Part shown: positions 37,574-47,710 of the stretch, piece by piece
Layout: every line of letters begins with the position of its first letter
How positions within the stretch are numbered: the stretch's first letter is position 1
Assembly (NCBI GenBank): GCA_043228905.1
Contig: JBHGNT010000002.1
Location: 13,826,001-13,890,000 of the forward strand
DNA length: 64,000 bases
Source of the DNA: Azolla caroliniana
Taxonomy: Eukaryota; Plantae; Polypodiophyta
Direction: 5' to 3'
Made by a program: the position numbers and the translations under genes
The notes under the pieces: generated by a model
Told to the model about the DNA's origin: nothing
Seen by the model: the letters and a program-made list of their open reading frames with translations, nothing else
The model's database searches: none

Positions 37574-39195
37574 ATGGATGGCGAATATCTCATGGAGGCA
37601 ATGTCAAAAAGGATGATGGAGTTTCTGAGAGAAGGGAAAAGAAGAAATGAAGCCCAACAAGCCGTCGATAGGGTAGTCGAGTGAGTGAGGTATTTCAACG
37701 GCGCCGAAGTCCAAAGTTTTCTAAAAGTCTACAATACGGAGATGGATTCAAATGGTGTGGACGAAGCTATGAGGCTGGAGTACTTTTGTCGGGTGGTGTC
37801 TCAACCGATCTTCAAAGATGTAAAAGAGCTTCTAGAAGCTTATGATTCGTGGGTAACTTTCGAGAAGGCTCTATTGGAGGAATATGGCTATGAGAGACTG
37901 AAGGACGAGATCTACACAACTTCGACCAATGGGTGACATCGGCGAAGACCCACCAAGGCGCGAAACAAGCATTCGTAGACTTCGAGCGTCGCTTTTCTCA
38001 ACTCTCGGAGCGGGAACAAAGATTGGTGGGGGTCGATAAGGTCCTTATGTTCATGAAGTCAATCAATCGAATGGAAAGGATGGCCATCAGCCTCAAACTC
38101 GAAGAAGATGATGGTGCAAATGGCCTCATCAAGGATTGGAGCAAAGTGGAAAGTGTATGCCGACTGCACGATAAGGGGCGAGCGAGAATATCGACGACAA
38201 CAAGATGGCCCATGAGGGACGATCGAAAAGGGGCGAGATGCAGCAACGCGCCACCAACAAAAGAAATAAAGTTTAAAAGGAAGACAAAACCGAGGCGAAT
38301 GGTGATCGAGGAAGAAGAGACCTCCCAACAAATGCGGGTTAATGAAGTGGCCGATACAAAGGCTCAGGTTCGGTATGACGGTACCGAGAGAGAAGGTGTG
38401 AAACAAGTCACCTTCTTGTCTTACGAAGAAACGACGGCCAAGGAGGAGGCCGATGACTCGAGGATGGTGAACGCCACTTCGAGGGAGGATAAATATTTCG
38501 GAACACGCATTGTGTACGAAACATCGGGTGATGAAGGTGCAAGCATGAGAAAAGCTTGCATGATCGAGGGAGATAAAGTGTTTCTGTCCGACGTGATTGA
38601 GGAGGTAGCCATGACAAACGACATCGAGTCGGAGGTGGCTATGGATGAGTCGACGACGGATAGCCGTGTCGACACTTTCTCCATGCTTGTTCCAGAGACT
38701 TCAACGGTTGCGCCCATGTGCCAACGTGAGACCGGAGAGATGGAAGGTGGTGACGGGAAGACAAAGGCCCAACACGAGGAAGAAGATCGAGGAAGAAAGG
38801 ATATCCCCACACCTATTCTAGAGACTTCGGCAGTTGTGCACGTGCGCCAACGTGAGACCGGAGAGACGGAATGTGTCGACAGAAAAGCAAATGACCGGAA
38901 GGGCGATGAGGAAGACAAGGTAAATGTGCATGAACGAAGGTATTCCTTCACACTGGTTCCGGAGACTTCGGCAGTCGAGACCGTGTGTCGACATAAGACC
39001 AAAGATAAAGGAGGTGGCGGAGAGGAGACAATATGGCTCGAGGCAAGCATGCATGGAGGGAAGGATGTGGCCAACGAGGAGGCCAAGGATGAAGCCACGG
39101 TTGAGTTCGATGGAGAGGTGGCATGCGGGAAGGAAGGAAGAGTCGAGAACCGGTCGAACCGGAAGACGATCCAGTTGGGATTCCGGCCCGAATGA
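37574..39195 (+). pseudogene. Gag capsid-like region fused to an acidic repetitive tail (element G)
   Basis: RYFNGAEVQSFLKVY aligns with GQFNGKDVSRYLRDY, and FERRFSQLSEREQ with FESRFGRLSARDQ. Three PETS repeats. One stop and one frameshift. Confidence 0.75.
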
Positions 39196-40203
39196 AGGAA
39201 GATCCACATGGGAGCCAATCGACCGGGGCCGACCTGGCCGAAACCTGATTCGGCGGAAATCGATTAGACAATCCCGATCCAAAAGGGGGATGACCCGACA
39301 AGAATCAATCGGTCGAGCCCTACTCGGCGAAATGCGAATGCAGACGAAGGCCAACCGAGCCAAGAAGCGATCGGCGGAGACCGATCCGGACAAGGGCAAA
39401 CCCGGCCTAATCGGAGATCGACATGAACGATCCACAATACCCAGTTGAAGACGGTGAGCGCAAGGTGTGGCCAGGAGTCCAATCGAAGGACACGTTGTGG
39501 TAGTGTATTCCACACACTACGTGAAAACCATAAAATAATATATCCGAATTTAGATACATATAAATAAATAAATAATATATCAAAAGAATTTATCACGTGC
39601 ATAGGGCAAGATTCGAACCATGCACCTCCACGTAGATAAACCCCAACTTTACCATTGTAATAACTTATCTTTAGTGTTATAAATATAGATTTAATACGTA
39701 TAAGACCTTTATTTACACATACCTTTATTAAAAGGTAAAAATCATGTATTCTTTAGAGTGTGAATATTTTATTTACACGTGACATTAAAAGTGACTCATG
39801 CACATCTAGCGTGCACGAGCTCTATATTTAGGAAATGACAAAACATCACAGGCACATTTAGTGTGCATGGGCACTTTAGGTGAAAAAGCATGAAGCCATG
39901 CTTAGCCTCTTCCATCTTTATATAAGGGGGAGAAAAATATGTATATGGTTGTTGATTAATATACAAGGTTGGATCAATCTAATATATTCGTGGGATTCAC
40001 GAATTTTGCCATCTAATTGCTCTTATAATCTAAATATTGTTTTAATTACACTAAACTCGTGGGATTCACGAGATTGCTATCTTACTTCTCTTTCCACTAT
40101 TCATATCTAGCCTTAAGTTGTATTCCTCTTCCTCCTAGTCAAAAACCTCGGCGGTTCCCACCCGACTCACGCAACGATCCGGAGCCGAAGGGCACGACAC
40201 AGT

Positions 40204-40221
40204 TGGTGAACCCGACGTGAA
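40204..40221 (+). promoter_or_regulatory. Primer binding site complementary to the tRNA-Trp 3' end
   Basis: TGGTGAACCCGACGTGAA lies 4 nt after the LTR. Plant tRNA-Trp ends ...TTCACGTCGGGTTCACCA (recalled). Confidence 0.85.
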
Positions 40222-40237
40222 GACGGGTGGCAAGGAG

Positions 40238-42280
40238 ATGGAAAATCAACAAGAGGCTAGCAACATGATGATGATGTTCGAGCGCATGCTACAAGAACAA
40301 CGCGCGATGTCGGAGATAGCGGTCTCAGTGGAGCGTCTCGTGCAACGAAACGGGCAATTCAACGGGAAAGACGTGTCGCGGTATCTTCGGGATTACAAGG
40401 CGGAGATGCTACGGTGCGGAATATCGGAAGGACTGCAAGTGACGTCCTTCAACCGAGTGGCGACCGACGGGCTTCAAGCAAGCATCCATGGGCTACGACA
40501 GCAAAATCCGACATGGGAGGCGTTTGAAGTAGAGCTAAAGAGGACGTTCGCCATCGAGGATTCCTCCAAGGCGACGCGAAGGGGATTCGAAGATTGGGTG
40601 GAGATGCCGGACAAGGGATTGAAGGTCGTTGATGTGTTTTCGGCATTCGAAAGCCGGTTCGGGAGGTTGTCCGCGAGAGATCAAGCTATCCTCGTACCGG
40701 ACAAGGTGATCATGTTCTTGCGAGCCGTGGACGTCCGGGACCGGAAAGATCTCGGAGTGCTCTTGGAGGACACGACCACGGAGAGCGGCCTCACCGAAAC
40801 ATGGGAAAGCGTGCGGGATATCGTCGCGCGATACACGAAGAGGGGGCAATGGCTTGCCGACGAGGAAAAGAGGGTTTCGGAACCGATTCCGAAACCGAGA
40901 ACCGGATTGGAAGACCATCAACCAAGGGCTCGGGAGACTACAACCGAGAAGGGAATTGATGCATCTACGGTGGAGCAACTATTGAAGGAGATGGAGAATC
41001 TGAAGATCGCGATGGTAAAGAAGTCGGATGACCGCCCCACAAGCTCCAAGTATACGGACCGACGGTGCATATGGTGCGATAGCGCCGAACACGATCGGAG
41101 GTATTGCGACGAGCATAAGGAGGCGCTACGGCGGGATCTCATCTACTACGAGGGAAACCGGATTCATTCGATGGACTCTCGGAAGCCACTCCGACCGAAC
41201 TTCCGGAAAGGCGGCATGAAGAAGGTGCTCGAGGAGGAATTGGCGGCAAGAAGCAACTATGCGACAACCGCGGGAATATGTGTCGGGGAGTCATCGAGAG
41301 CAAAGACATCTTTTTGGCCGGAAGTTCTAGAAAACACCGAGAAAACCGACTCCAACGAGATCCGAAGCACCGCGGAAGGCGTCCGGGAAGCTACGGGATG
41401 GGAGTGCCCTGTCGACAAGAATAGCGTATATGCCCTGTGTCAATTGCATAAGGTGTATGTGGACGAGAAACGACAACGCACGGAGGATGCGGCCAGGCCA
41501 TCGAAGATACCAGAAAGTTGGAACTCCGGAGGTAAGGGAAAAGAAAAGGCGACTCCGGCATTCAAGCTCGCCTCGGACATAGAACAACAAACCAACTTGA
41601 AAAGAGTGTTCGAGGAAAGAATCTTGGATAGCCGGGTAGATTTCTCGCTTCGGGAGCTACTCGGAATAGCAAAGAAGGAGTTCCACGATCTTCTCGTGGA
41701 TCTCGTGAAGCGAAAAAGACAAAGTACGGAGGAAAATGCTCCAAGGGTGAATGCGAACACCGTTTTAATGAACGACACCGAAACGGAGGACGAAATTCCG
41801 AACTCCCACTATACAAGGCCACATTGGGCACGCGCGACTACGGAGACTCCGGTCCGAATTGGCAACATCAAAGAACCCGTGCTAGCATTGATTGATCACG
41901 GATCGGAGATCAACTTGATGTCCAAGGAGTTCTACCGGAAGGGGAAGTGGCCTATTAACACCAACCATGGATGGAAGATTCGGGCGGCCACCAAAGCAAC
42001 GGAAGATCTATTTGCGGCTTGTCCGGATGTGACGGTGAAGATCGGGGATGTCGAGATCGACCAAAATTTCTTCGTGCAAGATGAGGTTTCACATTCCGTC
42101 ATCCTCGGCCAACCCTTTATCACGGCATCACGGATGGAGACGAAGGTGCTCGATAGCGGTGCGGCTTTTGCGCGAATTCGGAGCCAAAACGGTGGGAAAT
42201 CCGTCCAATTTCTAACGGTGACGGCAAATCACGAAAGGAACAAGAGGGAACTCTTGTCCCAAGTGAGAATGGATTTTTAA
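40238..42280 (+). CDS. Gag-protease of element H (680 aa)
   Basis: Open frame with the CIWCDSAEHDRRYC knuckle and the aspartic protease motifs LIDHGSEINLM and ILGQPF. Confidence 0.93.
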   Translation: MENQQEASNMMMMFERMLQEQRAMSEIAVSVERLVQRNGQFNGKDVSRYLRDYKAEMLRCGISEGLQVTSFNRVATDGLQASIHGLRQQNPTWEAFEVELKRTFAIEDSSKATRRGFEDWVEMPDKGLKVVDVFSAFESRFGRLSARDQAILVPDKVIMFLRAVDVRDRKDLGVLLEDTTTESGLTETWESVRDIVARYTKRGQWLADEEKRVSEPIPKPRTGLEDHQPRARETTTEKGIDASTVEQLLKEMENLKIAMVKKSDDRPTSSKYTDRRCIWCDSAEHDRRYCDEHKEALRRDLIYYEGNRIHSMDSRKPLRPNFRKGGMKKVLEEELAARSNYATTAGICVGESSRAKTSFWPEVLENTEKTDSNEIRSTAEGVREATGWECPVDKNSVYALCQLHKVYVDEKRQRTEDAARPSKIPESWNSGGKGKEKATPAFKLASDIEQQTNLKRVFEERILDSRVDFSLRELLGIAKKEFHDLLVDLVKRKRQSTEENAPRVNANTVLMNDTETEDEIPNSHYTRPHWARATTETPVRIGNIKEPVLALIDHGSEINLMSKEFYRKGKWPINTNHGWKIRAATKATEDLFAACPDVTVKIGDVEIDQNFFVQDEVSHSVILGQPFITASRMETKVLDSGAAFARIRSQNGGKSVQFLTVTANHERNKRELLSQVRMDF

Positions 42281-42334
42281 AGCGGACTGTTGCGGAGTGG
42301 GGAAGTGATAGTCCGAGAAGCCCTGATACCCCAC
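42271..42334 (+). promoter_or_regulatory. Predicted -1 ribosomal frameshift signal (G GAU UUU plus H-type pseudoknot)
   Basis: Heptamer at 42271-42277 just before the gag stop. Stem 42283-42293/42305-42315. Loop GTGGGG pairs with CCCCAC 42329-42334. The -1 frame is open into pol. Confidence 0.75.
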
Positions 42335-45300
42335 ACAGGAAGAAAACTCTCGGAGCAAAACATGTACGAATCGGTCCGGATGGGGCATCTACGTACACGA
42401 CCGTAACCGGAGGATTGAAGAAAGGATACCGACAAGTGGAGGATAAGTTGCGGTCGGCATCAATAATAAAAGAAGATGAAGAAATCGTGGGGATAGTCGA
42501 GGAAGTGTTCTATGGGAGCACGCTACAACGACTTGAAGAGCTTGCGGAAGATAAAAGCCAAGGGAACCGGGTAGTCCCGGTGGAATCGGTCAAGATGTAC
42601 GAGATCATTGCGAAAATGGAGCCGGATACGCTCCGTAAAGAAGAAGCAATGGTAAGTACGAAATACAAGACCGTGGAGAAGAAGGTGAAACCGGCCGCGG
42701 GACCACTACCCGCCGATAGCGAACAAAAGAGGAAAGAAGTCTCAGGAGATCCGACACTTCGGAAGTCCGTGGATATCGGACATGCCTTCACGGATGAGAC
42801 CCGGAAGAAACTTCGGATCGGTGGAGGTGGGTTCCTATTACAGAAAGAAGAAGAACGGTTTCGCGAGATGTTGGAGCAACACGGCAAAGCGTTTGCATTT
42901 ACATCAAGGGAGATAGGGTGCGTCGATCCGAGAATAGTGGAGCCGATGGTGATCTTTACGATTGACCATGTACCGTGGAATCTGAAGCCGATTCCGGTGC
43001 CACGAGCGCATATTCCGAAAGTCATTGACTTGCTCAAGCAGAAGGTGGCGATGGGGATTCTAGAGCCATCAACTGCTCCGTACTCAAATCGATGGTTTAC
43101 GGTTCCGAAGAAGAATGGGTCACTCCGATTTATCCAAGACTTGCAACCGGTGAATAAGGTCACGATCCGGAACTCGGGAGTCGGTCCGATAGTGGACGAA
43201 TTTGCGGAAGCTTTTGCCGGTCGTGCGATATACTCCATCGGAGACCTATACTCGGGGTATGACCAATTCCAACTAGCCGTGGAGAGCCGAGACATCACAA
43301 CCATGAGAGCACCGATAGGATTAGTCCGAATGTGCACACTACCACAAGGAGCGACAAACTCGGTTGCTCATATGATGAACGCGATGAACAAGGTGCTTCG
43401 AGACTGCATTCCGGAGATAACGATGCCGTTCCTCGATGACATTCCGATGAAAGGATGCGCGGTAGAAGAAAAAGATGAGACTATGGATGATCGGGGATGC
43501 CGAAAGTTCGTGGTCGACCATATTCATGATTGCGAGAAAGTGTTGCGAAAGCTAGAAGATGTGCACCTAACACTTTCCAGGGAGAAATCGGCATTCGGGC
43601 AAGAAGAAATATTGGTGGTCGGACATCTATGTGGGCCCTACGGCCGAAGACCGTCACCAACAAAGATCGATGCGATTCAAGCTATGGAGGAAGTATGCGA
43701 GTCAACATCCGAAGTCCGAAGGTTTCTCGGTGCATGTGCATTCTATCACATATGGATTCCGCACTATGCACATATAGCGGATCCGCTCTACCACTTGTTG
43801 CGGAAAGGTAAGAAATTCGAATGGAAACCGGAACACACCAAAGCCATGAAGAAATTGAAGAAGACACTTCGGAGGGCGGAAGCACTTAAGAAGCCGAGCT
43901 ATGACCGACCGATCATAGTAACGGTTGATACAAGTCCAACCGGTATCGGGTGGGTCATCAATCAAGCCGACTCGGATGGTTCGCGGTATCCGATCCGATT
44001 CGGAGCAAAGGTTCTCAACGAAAGGCAACGTGGATATGCGCAAGTCAAAAGAGAACTGTGGGGAGTCGTGTCGGCGATAAAATCGGATCGGGATTATTTG
44101 ATCGGAGCCGAAGTGGTGATCGAGACGGATTGTCTTCCGATACTCGGGATGATGCGGTGTTGTACGATACCAGATGTAGCTATGCTAAGGTGGGTTGCAT
44201 ATGTCAAGTCGCTTAATCCGGAGGTTCGACACATCTCGGGGAAGGACAACGCGGTAGCGGATATGTTATCAAGGGCTCGGTTCGGAGACGACATAACTGA
44301 ATCGGATAATGAAGAAGTTTCCGAAGACTACTTCGCGTCGGAGCACATATGCCGAGTAAACGTAATCCGAGAATTCCGGGAAGAAGAATACGAGGGAGAA
44401 AGCTTGATGATCGGAAAGATGTTACAAGAGGCCGAGGATTCAACAAACGATAAAGGAAGAAGAGTCGAGATCCGAAGGAAGAAGAGGCAAGTCCAAAAGT
44501 TCTTCTTGGAAAACGGATTAATATGGAGGGCGCCGAAAAGATCGGATGGTATACCACTTCGAGTAGTCGGGACAAAAGAGCAACAAGATCGGATAATGTC
44601 CGAGTTTCACGAATCCGATTGGGCTGGACACCGAGGAACATGGGCAACATTTGTGAAGATCAAGCAAAAATATTGGTGGAAGAAAATGTACAAAGATGTC
44701 GCGGAGTTCACGGAGAGCTGCGAGAAATGTCAAGTCTACTCCGGGGTTCGACATCGAGATGAGTTACATCCGACATTCTCACCGACAATCAACTTCAAGT
44801 GGATGGTTGACATAGTGGCCATGCCGACCGGGATCAGACAAAAGAAATACTTGGTATTAGCTCGGGAAGATCTCACGAATCAAGTAGAAGGTCGAGCGCT
44901 TCAGAGGAAAACGTGTTCCGCGGTATGCCAATTTCTTTTGGAGGAAGTATTTTGTAGGTATGGGTGCGTAGGACAAGTGATTGCGGACCGGGGAGAACTC
45001 GACTCGGACAAAGCTAGGGGATTCTTCGCCAAACACGGAGTTCGGTTATCGCTGACAACGGCATACAATCCGGAGGCCAACGGGAAAATCGAACGAGGAC
45101 ATAGTCCGATCGTGAAAGCACTTGCAAAGGCATGCGATGGAAAGGTGAAGGACTGGCCGCAGATGCTTCCGTATGCACTATGGGCGGATCGGACGACGCA
45201 TAGCTCCATAACCGGTTACATGCCGGCAGAACTCATGACCGGACAAGCACCGGTAATGCCGACGGAAACCGCGATCGCAACATGGACAGTGCTACCGTGG

Positions 45301-45912
45301 AAGGAAGAGATGAGCCGGGAAGAACTACTAGCGGTCCGGATACGACAACTAGAGGGAAGACCGGCAGACATAGCGGAAGCAATACGCCGACAACAAGAAG
45401 CACGATTAAGGAACAAAAGCCGGTTCGACACAAAGCACCGACTACGACCGAGGAGGATTGAAGAAGGAGACTGGGTGATCGTCTATGACAGTAGTTTGGA
45501 CCATCAACATACAACGATGCGGAAATTCGCGAAAAGGTGGTTCGGGCCATACGAAGTTCGGAAAGTCTTCGACAACGAAACGTACCGACTGTCCGAGTTG
45601 GATGGAACAATACTACGAGTGCCTATAACCGGGAAGCGGGTGAAGATTTTCAAGAAGCGGACCGACGACAAACCCTATGTGATCCAAGCCAAGGCCGACT
45701 ACGAGGAGCAATCAGACGAAGACCACGGGGATGCGGGAAGCGAAGAACGTGAATTACAACTCATAGTCGACATAAGGGGAGAATCGGAGGAAGCTTTGGG
45801 TGAAGACGGATATGGGGAATCGAGAACTTTGGCACATACCGGAGGATGTGCGGGTTCGGAGGGGGCGAGTGTCGTAGTGTATTCCACACACTATGTGAAA
45901 ACCATAAAATAA
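42271..45912 (+). CDS. Pol (RT-RNase H-integrase) of element H, in the -1 frame relative to gag
   Basis: Uninterrupted ORF with DLYSGYDQF, LPQGATNS, PFLDDI, VDTSPTGIG, the HHCC zinc finger and GPY. The stop falls inside the 3' LTR. Confidence 0.93.
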   Translation, partial: GFLKRTVAEWGSDSPRSPDTPHRKKTLGAKHVRIGPDGASTYTTVTGGLKKGYRQVEDKLRSASIIKEDEEIVGIVEEVFYGSTLQRLEELAEDKSQGNRVVPVESVKMYEIIAKMEPDTLRKEEAMVSTKYKTVEKKVKPAAGPLPADSEQKRKEVSGDPTLRKSVDIGHAFTDETRKKLRIGGGGFLLQKEEERFREMLEQHGKAFAFTSREIGCVDPRIVEPMVIFTIDHVPWNLKPIPVPRAHIPKVIDLLKQKVAMGILEPSTAPYSNRWFTVPKKNGSLRFIQDLQPVNKVTIRNSGVGPIVDEFAEAFAGRAIYSIGDLYSGYDQFQLAVESRDITTMRAPIGLVRMCTLPQGATNSVAHMMNAMNKVLRDCIPEITMPFLDDIPMKGCAVEEKDETMDDRGCRKFVVDHIHDCEKVLRKLEDVHLTLSREKSAFGQEEILVVGHLCGPYGRRPSPTKIDAIQAMEEVCESTSEVRRFLGACAFYHIWIPHYAHIADPLYHLLRKGKKFEWKPEHTKAMKKLKKTLRRAEALKKPSYDRPIIVTVDTSPTGIGWVINQADSDGSRYPIRFGAKVLNERQRGYAQVKRELWGVVSAIKSDRDYLIGAEVVIETDCLPILGMMRCCTIPDVAMLRWVAYVKSLNPEVRHISGKDNAVADMLSRARFGDDITESDNEEVSEDYFASEHICRVNVIREFREEEYEGESLMIGKMLQEAEDSTNDKGRRVEIRRKKRQVQKFFLENGLIWRAPKRSDGIPLRVVGTKEQQDRIMSEFHESDWAGHRGTWATFVKIKQKYWWKKMYKDVAEFTESCEKCQVYSGVRHRDELHPTFSPTINFKWMVDIVAMPTGIRQKKYLVLAREDLTNQVEGRALQRKTCSAVCQFLLEEVFCRYGCVGQVIADRGELDSDKARGFFAKHGVRLSLTTAYNPEANGKIERGHSPIVKALAKACDGKVKDWPQMLPYALWADRTTHSSITGYMPAELMTGQAPVMPTETAIATWTVLPWKEEMSREELLAVRIRQLEGRPADIAEAIRRQQEARLRNKSRFDTKHRLRPRRIEEGDWVIVYDSSLDHQHTTMRKFAKRWFGPYEVRKVFDNETYRLSELDGTILRVPITGKRVKIFKKRTDDKPYVIQAKADYEEQSDEDHGDAGSEERELQLIVDIRGESEEALGEDGYGESRTLAHTGGCAGSEGASVVVYSTHYVKTIK

Positions 45913-46814
45913 TATATCCGAATTTAGATACATATAAATAAATAAATAATATATCAAAAGAATTTATCACGTGCATAGGGCAAGATTCGAACCATGCACC
46001 TCCACGTAGATAAACCCCAACTTTACCATTGTAATAACTTATCTTTAGTGTTATAAATATAGATTTAATACATATAAGACCTTTATTTACACATACCTTT
46101 ATTAAAAGGTAAAAATCATGTATTCTTTAGAGTGTGAATATTTTATTTACACGTGACATTAAAAGTGACTCATGCACATCTAGCGTGCACGAGCCCTATA
46201 TTTAGGAAATGACAAAACATCACATGCACATTTAGTGTGCATGGGCACTTTAGGTGAAAAAGCATGAAGCCATGCTTAGCCTCTTCCATCTTTATATAAG
46301 GGGGAGAAAAATATGTATATGGTTGTTGATTAATATACAAGGTTGGATCAATCTAATATATTCGTGGGATTCACGAATTTTGCCATCTAATTGCTCTTAT
46401 AATCTAAATATTGTTTTAATTACACTAAACTCGTGGGATTCACGAGATTGCTATCTTACTTCTCTTTCCACTATTCATATCTAGCCTTAAGTTGTATTCC
46501 TCTTCCTCCTAGTCAAAAACCTCGGCGGTTCCCACCCGACTCACGCAACGATCCGGAGCCCAAGGGCACGACAACGTGCGGTGGACGAAGGAAGAGCAGT
46601 CGGATCGACGACATCGTTCGGTAGATCTACTACAACCGACCGGGGAAGAAGGTGTGAGCGCCGGATATGGTGGATCGGGTGGCTACGATGGTTCAGTTGG
46701 AAAGATTGGGCATACTCGAAGTGGCAGACGAAGTCAGACGAGGTCGACGAGCGTGCGGAGGAACTCGGTTGATCACCGTTGCCAAAGATCTCACCTCTTC
46801 ACCTTTCTCGTCAC

Positions 46815-47710
46815 ATCCAATGCATCCACAAACACGTGAAAATATTTTGACCAGTCGGGTGGTTGTACCACCGGGGCTTGTGACAACAATAGCTTCAGCA
46901 CTAGATACACTTTGTCCTCCTGTTCCGTCCACTGAAACGGTAGTCGGTGTACCGCTGCATGTAGTGGAGTGGCAAAATCCACTAAATATTGGAGCACCCG
47001 GCTATGCCACCGGATTTGGCCGAGAAATCTACTCAGGGCTTTTGCGGTTGTCGGTGTTGGTACGTGTAAAATTGCTTTGACCTTGTTCAGATCGACCGCA
47101 ATCCCATCTTTACTAATGATATGCCCCAAAAATGCTCCGTTGGTGACCCCAATACACACTTTGTTGGATTTAAACTCAATTTAGCAGTCCAACATTTTTC
47201 TAGGCACAGTCGAAGATGAGCTAAATGTTCTGTTTTTCGACTGTATACGACAATGTCATCTAGGAAAACCTACATGAATGCCGAGATATATTCTCCAAAG
47301 ATTTCCATTATTATTCTTTGAAACGTTGCTAGTGTGGTCTCCACTCCGAACATCATTACCACGTCGACAAAAACTCCCCATTCCGTTACAAATGTCGTCT
47401 TCTCTTCATCATCCGGATGCATTTGGATCTGGTTATATCCGCTAAACCCATCAAGGAAACTATACACCTCGTGCCCATCTTCGACATCGACTACTCTATC
47501 CGTGAAGGGGAGTGGAAACGCATCGGTGATAGTGACTACGTTTAATTTCCGGTAATCGACACATACCCGGAATGTTCCATTCTTTTTGGGTACTACAACG
47601 ATCAGGCTTAACCACGTAGCCTGCGTCATCGGCCGGATGAAGCCCAGTCGTAATAATTTATCAATTTCTTCATTGACCTTCAACGCATAATTCGGATTCA
47701 TTCGATAGCT
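46815..47710 (-). pseudogene. Isolated RT/RH fragment of the Athila-related gypsy lineage
   Basis: Motifs MNPNYA...VYSFLDGFSGYNQI...RFLGQIRWH...HVFVDA. No LTRs, with abrupt junctions on both sides. Confidence 0.85.

Larger units (their letters stand above)
39496..46573 (+). mobile_element. Full-length, apparently intact tRNA-Trp-primed gypsy element H (Phygy-like, fungal-type RT)
   Basis: 704-bp LTRs at 39496-40199 and 45870-46573 (about 6 mismatches by eye), 4-bp TSD ACGT, PBS 40204-40221, PPT GGAGGGGGCGAG 45858-45869. Confidence 0.97.
36900..46815 (+). mobile_element. Gag-only non-autonomous gypsy derivative G (LTR 36900-37529, PBS-Trp 37535-37552), interrupted by H; 3' end lost
   Basis: LTR termini TGTCGTG...CGCGACA and PBS TGGTTAACCCGACGTGAA. 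Capsid-like ORFs are homologous to H gag. No pol motifs. The right boundary is approximate. Confidence 0.75.

Noticed and set aside
39600-39660. Functional tRNA gene
   Set aside because: No convincing acceptor stem or anticodon arm. Reported only as a tRNA-like A/B-box cassette.
45780-45912. H pol reading through the PPT into the 3' LTR as a functional feature
   Set aside because: Sister copy F stops before the PPT (31732), so the extension is not conserved.
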